DNA of 64,000 nt from a virus: the IMG/VR virus record IMGVR_UViG_3300005077_000003, positions 113,612-177,611 of that record; one strand, given 5' to 3'. This document shows positions 58,370 through 64,000 of the stretch, one piece after another; the first letter of the stretch is position 1, and each line of letters opens with the position of its first letter. A program made the translations under genes and the position numbers. The notes beneath the pieces were generated by a model. The model was not told the origin of the DNA. It was given only the letters and a program-made list of their open reading frames with translations, and searched no databases.

Positions 58370-58723
58370 TTAATCATCAAGTATAGATGGGTCATTTTCA
58401 ATTGCTTCTCTAGCTTCTTTAGTAAGTTGATAAACAAGGTCTTGTTTGTTCTCATCCCATGACATATCTATTAAATTTTTATCCGATAACTCTAGTAATG
58501 CCTGCTGAATCATTGCAGCTTCCATAGCCTCAGTTAGCTCTGTAAAGCTAACAGATTGACCTATTTTATATTTAGCAAGTGCTACAGCTGCTGCCCACTC
58601 AGTAATTTGACCTAGATCTCCAGTATATGGCTTGCCAGATCCAAAACATTTAGCTTTCGAAGCAGAGGCTATGTCAATTTTTTCTTGTATTGTATAGTAA
58701 TTTTCTTCTTTACTCATAATCAT
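58370..58723 (-). CDS. Hypothetical protein (117 aa; start probably 58717)
   Basis: ORF track. Confidence 0.6.
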   Translation of the reverse strand: MIMSKEENYYTIQEKIDIASASKAKCFGSGKPYTGDLGQITEWAAAVALAKYKIGQSVSFTELTEAMEAAMIQQALLELSDKNLIDMSWDENKQDLVYQLTKEAREAIENDPSILDD

Positions 58724-58880
58724 TCACTACTTTGCAAGGAGCTCCATAATATAAACTTTTACCACAGTCAGGGCATCTAGCTAATTTCATCTCCATAGAT
58801 GAAAATAGTGTGGAAATTATTCCACACCATGTTGATAATATATTTAGTATTTTTATTAAAAATGCTTGTGAGTAATTCAT
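58710..58880 (-). CDS. 56-aa hypothetical protein with hydrophobic N-half and CPDC motif
   Basis: Not in the ORF track. MNYSQAFLIKILNILSTWCG...RCPDCGKSLYYGAPCKVVNDYE; fills the gap and abuts both neighbours. Confidence 0.55.
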   Translation of the reverse strand: MNYSQAFLIKILNILSTWCGIISTLFSSMEMKLARCPDCGKSLYYGAPCKVVNDYE

Positions 58881-59195
58881 TTATTTTACTACTCTAAATT
58901 CGTAATGGCCTCCTCTAGTAGAGGAATACCAACATAATGTCCAAAATATATGATTTTCTTTTAGTGCTGAAATTAGTCCTTCATTACCACTCCAACCACC
59001 AGTATGGACTGAGTAAATGTATTCCTTTTCTTTTTCTTCAAAAGAAAAATAGTTTTTCCACTTCCATTCTTGTTTAACAAAGTCTAAAAGAACCTTACAG
59101 TCTTCAAATTTTTGTATCTTCCAATTAGATATTAAATATAAACAGTATGGATGAGGATAAACATCTCCATGCCAATCGGTTTCCGAATTAGTCAT
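58881..59195 (-). CDS. Hypothetical Trp-rich phage protein (104 aa)
   Basis: ORF track; HTGGWSGNE motif. Confidence 0.6.
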   Translation of the reverse strand: MTNSETDWHGDVYPHPYCLYLISNWKIQKFEDCKVLLDFVKQEWKWKNYFSFEEKEKEYIYSVHTGGWSGNEGLISALKENHIFWTLCWYSSTRGGHYEFRVVK

Positions 59196-59196
59196 T

Positions 59197-59385
59197 TTAG
59201 TTCTTTATTTTATGTTGTATAGCAGTTTCAATTTGTTCATGTACTAATTTTAAATCATCTACTATATATTGTGGTACTATTCTATTTTTGCATTTTTGAT
59301 TAACGTTGCTAATGTAATCTATTATATCATTTAAATTTTTATTAGCTTCTATTATTTTTAATAGATTCATGCTTCCTATCAGCAC
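59197..59385 (-). CDS. Hypothetical protein (62 aa)
   Basis: ORF track; overlaps the RNR stop. Confidence 0.5.
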   Translation of the reverse strand: MLIGSMNLLKIIEANKNLNDIIDYISNVNQKCKNRIVPQYIVDDLKLVHEQIETAIQHKIKN

Positions 59386-62300
59386 TTAGAAAACCCACAG
59401 CTGGGACATACTTGACAGCCAGATTCAAATACTAAAGAGTTGCCACAAGCAGGACAAGGCACTCCATAAGAGGAGTCAACGCGATCTGATATAGAAGAAC
59501 TGTTATTTTCTGGTATATAATCATCATCATGATATTTTTTCCATTTTATTAACGCCTTGGCTAATGCATCTGGTAGAGAATATATTTTACCTTCAGGTCC
59601 AGGGGCTACCAATGTAGAAGATATGCCATGGAGCTGATCTATAATAGTATCTAGACTTAAACCATTTTGTAATGCTACAGATGCTAATCTGCACATAGCT
59701 TCTAGATCACCATTAATTAGTTCACCGCCTTTACCTACTTGAGCAAATATTTCTAATGGATATTCTAAAGTATCATCAGTAACTATTTTAACATGTAATG
59801 TCCCAAACTGAGTCTTAAGTCTTACTCGTTCAGCTGGAGCTATATCTGGGTTTACTTTAGGAGTTAAACATATTGACTTTGCCTCTTCTAATGTAACAAA
59901 TTCTCCCCGTTCTATCTCTGCTTCACCCTCCTCTATTTCTTTAATAGCTCTATGTGATGCTGTAATAGCTTTTGTTAAAATATTTTCATCTGACTTTTTA
60001 GCATCTTTTATTTTTTCAGCTACTTTCATAGGCTGGTTCATACCTTCAATACCGTCTCTACATCCATCTCTATATATAGATATACCTTTACATCCAGATT
60101 CATATGCTTGTCTATAACAAGCATCTATATCTTCTACCGTAGCTTCTCTAGGAAAATTAATTGTTTTTGAAATTGAGGTATCTATATTCTTTTGCCAAGC
60201 TGCTTGCATTTTGACATGATCTTCTGGGCAAATGTCGTGAGCAGTAACAAATACTTTCTGTAGATTTTCTATTTCTTTAAGCTGCTCTGAAGATAATTCC
60301 TTTTTATTGCTATCGAACCAGGGATTATAGTTTTTTATATTCCCATAACCTTCAGCATATTTAATTATTTGTTTCTTTAGAAAATCATCTAAAAGGATAC
60401 AATTATTAACTGCGGCAATAAAGTATTGGTTAACCTCTCTCATTACTGTAGGTTTGCCTGTATCGTCTGCCATTACTTGTCTATCAAATGCTAAAGCATA
60501 AGCTGGCTCAATACCACCAGAGCAATTAGCAATAATAGAAATAGTACCGGTAGGTGCAATAGTAGTTAAATGGGAGTTTCTTAATTTATGGTTTTCCTTT
60601 CCCCACTTAGATCCTTCCCAGGCTTTAAAAAGCCCTTTCTCCCTTGCAAGTTCTACTGATGCAGATTTAGCTGAATAATACAAGAATTTCCCTATTTTTT
60701 CTGCTAACTTTAATGCTTCTTCAGAGTTATATGGTATATTTAGCATGAATAGTAAATCTGCCCAACCCATTATACCAAGACCAATACGTCGACTATTGTC
60801 AGCCATCTCTCTCATTTCTGGTACTGGGTAATCATTTACAGTTATAACATTATCAAGTAATCTTACTGCAGTATAAATAGTTTTACTAAATAAATGCCAA
60901 TCTATTGGATCAACCCACTTGCCGCCATATTGATCTAGAGTTACCATTTTAGCCAGATTGATACTACCTAATGTACAGCTATCCCATGAGTGAAGCGGTT
61001 GTTCGCCGCAATTGCATGATACTATTCCTGACCATACTCCATCTTCGCTATCTCCTCTATATTCTGGATCAACTATAATATATGTATGGGTATCTTTTAC
61101 AGTGATGTTGTAAACATCCTCTTGTCCAGCTTCTCGGATAGCGATAACTTTATGGTTTTGTCCTCGTAGAGTGGTAAATATTTTTTTGTTTACCTCCTCT
61201 ACTGGAGTAACCCAACTTTCTCTTCCGAACCCTCCCGCTTTACGAGTTGCATAATGTTCTGATTGGTGGTCATATGCACTCATTAGCTCAAGATTATCAA
61301 TAGAATTGTTTTCCTTGTTCTCATCAATATGATGAATTACATGGTCAGCGGGGATTTCTCCATTCGCTTCTTCCCATATCATACGAGCAACCCATTGGTG
61401 AGCACACTTATTTGCTACCCATCCATGTGCTCTAAGATGTCCATTTTTACTCTTTGAAACAGAAAATGCTCTTACTGATTGCCCAACCTTTAGGTCTTTA
61501 GCCGCTATCTTACCGCCACAAAAAGCTCTAAAGTTATGATCGTAAGTACATCTTACCTTTAGTCCAGTATCAAACTCTACTTCAAGTAAAGGTGCCGACC
61601 GCAGTGTCCTTCTTGGGGCAAATGCGTCTTTGATAACTGGTAGCTTGCTCTCTGGATCCCATGAAAATACTTTTATAGCATATCCTAATGGATTATCTAG
61701 CTTAGCAACTTGTTTTCTCGCTAATTTATATTCATAGTCTTCTTTTTCCTTAACAATGTCTTTAATTTGTCTTGGACCATCGACTGTAAGAATCTTTGTA
61801 TCTCCTGTGACGCAAGGATTAGTCGCCGTAATTAAGCCTAAATTGGGTAAATAATTATCTTTATTTATAGTATCAAAGAATAATACACCTGGCTCTCCAG
61901 TAGCATGAGCTCGCTTACAAATAAGATCCCAAGTATCTTGAACATGCCAATGTTCCCACTCATTTTTCTTTTCAAAGCAGGGGTATTCAGCATCCTTAAA
62001 TGCTTTTATTTCTCCTGTTTTTATATGCTTCCATAATGATCCTGTTCCCCATTTGTTATGGAATACCCTATGTACAGTAGCTGGTTCATCGCTAAGTTGT
62101 TTCATAAATTCATCAGTAACCATTACAGATACATTATAATTCTGTAGTTCTTTTAGATCACTTTTGAGGTTGATGAAATCAACTATTTCTGGGTGGCTAA
62201 TAGAAAGTACGCCCATATTTGCCCCTCTTCTATAGGAATTATGTACCTCTATTCCATTTGCAATATAGGTATGTACGTCAGCCACGGTAAGATCATAAGT

Positions 62301-64000
62301 AATATGTTTACCATTATCTTCTTTTGAGGCTACTTGTGAATACCATATTGAATCATCTATGTCTAGAGTTAATCCTAACTTATCATTTGCTTCCTCTACT
62401 AGTTGCTTTAGTCTAAAATAAGTTAATTTACGGTCTTCTCTTGTATACTTAAGAACATTCTTCCTAAGTCTAGGAGCTTTTATCTTTTCTGTTTCTGTTA
62501 ATATTCTGTCCAACAAAGAAGTATCAGGATATTTTACTCCAGACTCAAACTTAATTTTATCCAATGATAAATTAGAGAATCTAGATCCTGGATCATATCC
62601 TACAACTTCTAAATATTTTTCTAACCCTAAATATGACTGAATACTAACTACATAGAACTCTGGACTTCTAGTAATAGGCTTATCTTTAAAATAATACTTG
62701 GTACTATGTTGGTAACAAACTCTTTTACAAGGTATGCCTAAGGACAGCAAAAGATATTGTAGTTCTTCTGTCGCTTGCGGAGAAGTAAGATTGATCATTG
62801 GGTAGCTATAAGAAAAACCTCCATCTGCTTCAAACAAGCCTCTTACAAATGCTGCAGCAACTTCGGCAGTAGACTGCAGAATTTTACTTGGTATACATAG
62901 TTTCGTTGACGACTCTTTGTAGAAACCATTAATACTTAACCATTCTACAATATAAGATGAATTAATTGTTAAATTGTAATGGTTATCTTGTTGATTCTTT
63001 TTACTCTTATGTATAAGGATGTCTCCAAATAGCTGCTTCAGCAATGGTACAAGTTTAGTGTCAGCTGGCTGGCCTTCTCTTACAGTAAAACCAAAGCGTT
63101 TTATATTGTTTGCTACACTACAAAAACCATCTCCAGCTAAAAATCCAAGGGTCCAAGCTAGGTCCTCATCTAAAACAGTGGGGACTTTATGTTTTATAGT
63201 ATTATGATGTGTCTCATCAGGTACTATTAGCTGCTGAGTACGTCCTCTGTGTGTTCCTATTGATAGAACTACTTGATCATTCTCTCTCAAGTCCTGCAAC
63301 TCTACCCATTTCTTATCTCCCTCATGGTTATGTATTAAAATTTTGTGATCTGGAGTGCCTACAATGGAGACACCATTTTTCAAAGATACTTTTATGGTGT
63401 TCTTAATTCCGTTGTTCCATAAGCATTCTACTTTGTTTTCATTGCTTGTTTTTAAAGGCCAAGATGGTATATACTCTCCACTTGGTTCCTCAGGAATAAT
63501 GTCACTAAGTTTTCTTAAACCGTTATTAGTGCTAACATATGTAGAGCCAACTAAACAGCCTTGCTGTATAGCGTCGGTAGCCTTAGAAAATACTTTCATA
63601 AAAGAAAGGGCGCCACTAGTAGTCCCCCCTGAGCTACTAATATGCGATCCTTTTGGTCTTAACTCTGAAAAGCTAAATCCCGTTCCCCCGCCACGCTGCT
63701 GGGTAGTAGCAGTAGCTTTTATTGCATCAAATATTTCTGGTATACTATCTCCTACTGGTAATACAAAGCAATTATGAACCAATATACCATTTGTTATATA
63801 GGTACCTGAATTATCTGTAGCAGTTTGTATATCATATACATCTACTTCATCCTCAGAGGCTTCAATACTAGCTACCCTGATTTTATTAATATAATTAGTT
63901 TTTTCTTTGGTATTATTTAATTTTATATTTTTACATTCTGATATGAAGCCAATTCTATTTTTGAAATTTTGTACATCACCAGATCTACAAATTGTTAAAC
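59379..64000 (-). CDS. nrdJ: Class II (adenosylcobalamin) ribonucleotide reductase with at least three inteins; 5' end outside the window
   Basis: CFV, GGGTG..FS.LRP.G, RRGANM, NP/CGEQPL, CTLGSINL, RRIGLG.MG, TIAPTGTIS, Q...D..ISKTIN, TSCPD-like domain, terminal CP.C...C..C.SC. The frame is open from 63782 to the window edge. Confidence 0.93.
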   Translation of the reverse strand, partial: LTICRSGDVQNFKNRIGFISECKNIKLNNTKEKTNYINKIRVASIEASEDEVDVYDIQTATDNSGTYITNGILVHNCFVLPVGDSIPEIFDAIKATATTQQRGGGTGFSFSELRPKGSHISSSGGTTSGALSFMKVFSKATDAIQQGCLVGSTYVSTNNGLRKLSDIIPEEPSGEYIPSWPLKTSNENKVECLWNNGIKNTIKVSLKNGVSIVGTPDHKILIHNHEGDKKWVELQDLRENDQVVLSIGTHRGRTQQLIVPDETHHNTIKHKVPTVLDEDLAWTLGFLAGDGFCSVANNIKRFGFTVREGQPADTKLVPLLKQLFGDILIHKSKKNQQDNHYNLTINSSYIVEWLSINGFYKESSTKLCIPSKILQSTAEVAAAFVRGLFEADGGFSYSYPMINLTSPQATEELQYLLLSLGIPCKRVCYQHSTKYYFKDKPITRSPEFYVVSIQSYLGLEKYLEVVGYDPGSRFSNLSLDKIKFESGVKYPDTSLLDRILTETEKIKAPRLRKNVLKYTREDRKLTYFRLKQLVEEANDKLGLTLDIDDSIWYSQVASKEDNGKHITYDLTVADVHTYIANGIEVHNSYRRGANMGVLSISHPEIVDFINLKSDLKELQNYNVSVMVTDEFMKQLSDEPATVHRVFHNKWGTGSLWKHIKTGEIKAFKDAEYPCFEKKNEWEHWHVQDTWDLICKRAHATGEPGVLFFDTINKDNYLPNLGLITATNPCVTGDTKILTVDGPRQIKDIVKEKEDYEYKLARKQVAKLDNPLGYAIKVFSWDPESKLPVIKDAFAPRRTLRSAPLLEVEFDTGLKVRCTYDHNFRAFCGGKIAAKDLKVGQSVRAFSVSKSKNGHLRAHGWVANKCAHQWVARMIWEEANGEIPADHVIHHIDENKENNSIDNLELMSAYDHQSEHYATRKAGGFGRESWVTPVEEVNKKIFTTLRGQNHKVIAIREAGQEDVYNITVKDTHTYIIVDPEYRGDSEDGVWSGIVSCNCGEQPLHSWDSCTLGSINLAKMVTLDQYGGKWVDPIDWHLFSKTIYTAVRLLDNVITVNDYPVPEMREMADNSRRIGLGIMGWADLLFMLNIPYNSEEALKLAEKIGKFLYYSAKSASVELAREKGLFKAWEGSKWGKENHKLRNSHLTTIAPTGTISIIANCSGGIEPAYALAFDRQVMADDTGKPTVMREVNQYFIAAVNNCILLDDFLKKQIIKYAEGYGNIKNYNPWFDSNKKELSSEQLKEIENLQKVFVTAHDICPEDHVKMQAAWQKNIDTSISKTINFPREATVEDIDACYRQAYESGCKGISIYRDGCRDGIEGMNQPMKVAEKIKDAKKSDENILTKAITASHRAIKEIEEGEAEIERGEFVTLEEAKSICLTPKVNPDIAPAERVRLKTQFGTLHVKIVTDDTLEYPLEIFAQVGKGGELINGDLEAMCRLASVALQNGLSLDTIIDQLHGISSTLVAPGPEGKIYSLPDALAKALIKWKKYHDDDYIPENNSSSISDRVDSSYGVPCPACGNSLVFESGCQVCPSCGFSKC
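61011..61814 (-). mobile_element. HNH-type intein (268 aa) at the NP|CGE thiyl-radical cysteine of RNR
   Basis: TATNP|CVTGDTKILT ... VHHIDENKENNSIDNL (HNH; exact IHHIDENKENN) ... DVYNITV....TY....GIVSCN|CGEQ. Confidence 0.9.
62238..63557 (-). mobile_element. LAGLIDADG intein (440 aa) at QG|SYRRGA of RNR
   Basis: AIQQG|CLVGST ... LGFLAGDG, VRGLFEADG ... TYDLTV...HTYIANGIEVHN|S. Confidence 0.92.
63771..64000 (-). mobile_element. C-terminal part of a third RNR intein ending before the redox-active CFV cysteine
   Basis: Hand translation 63998-63771: ...FKNRIGF...VYDIQTATDNSGTYITNGILVHN|CFVLPV. Confidence 0.85.

Noticed and set aside
1142-63777. The many 60-165 aa ORFs nested antisense or out of frame within long genes (for example 2855-3352, 18029-18388, 47567-48028, 63355-63777)
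   Set aside because: They lie fully inside well-supported genes, lack motifs, and are expected shadow ORFs.
63780-63782. TTG start of RNR given by the ORF track (MVHNC...)
   Set aside because: The frame is open to the window edge and encodes an intein C-terminus, so the true start is outside the window.
1-64000. Alternative genetic code (stop-codon reassignment), as seen in some large phages
   Set aside because: ORFs up to 1711 aa are intact in code 11, coding density is near complete, and TAA, TAG and TGA all terminate genes at sensible, coupled positions.

Overview
AT-rich 64 kb segment of a large tailed dsDNA bacteriophage, read in standard code 11, with no rRNA, CRISPR array or integrase. 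It has four parts. (1) 21-25068 (+): a tightly coupled virion-structural operon with LamG-containing giant proteins, a paralogous family of tail/baseplate-like proteins, a lipoprotein, and a 1386-aa fibre (Ig-like, collagen, CBM5/12-like and His-rich repeats), ending in a sigma-70-type factor. (2) 25340-41900 (-): a 19-gene glycan island with a complete GDP-3,6-dideoxyhexose (colitose-type) route (Gmd, His-type ColD-like dehydratase, Fcl/ColC-like reductase), 8 glycosyltransferases (5 tandem paralogues), 2 B12 radical-SAM enzymes, a shortened ThDP E1 alpha/beta pair, a methyltransferase, an epimerase and an HldE-like kinase. (3) 41923-44842: a tRNA-Asn gene split in two by a 605-bp cassette carrying an antisense HNH gene, an IMPDH/GMPR gene, and an initiator-type tRNA-Met with an abnormally long variable region. 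(4) 44845-64000: replication and nucleotide genes, including NUDIX, two Cas4-like Fe-S nucleases, an intein-bearing primase-helicase, 2 GT4s, a MoxR-like AAA/vWA pair and a class II RNR with at least three inteins (5' end off-window). The leading hypothesis is a phage-encoded virion O-glycosylation system: the glycan island abuts structural genes whose products are enriched in Ser-Gly dipeptides. Family assignments come from motif recognition by eye, not database searches.
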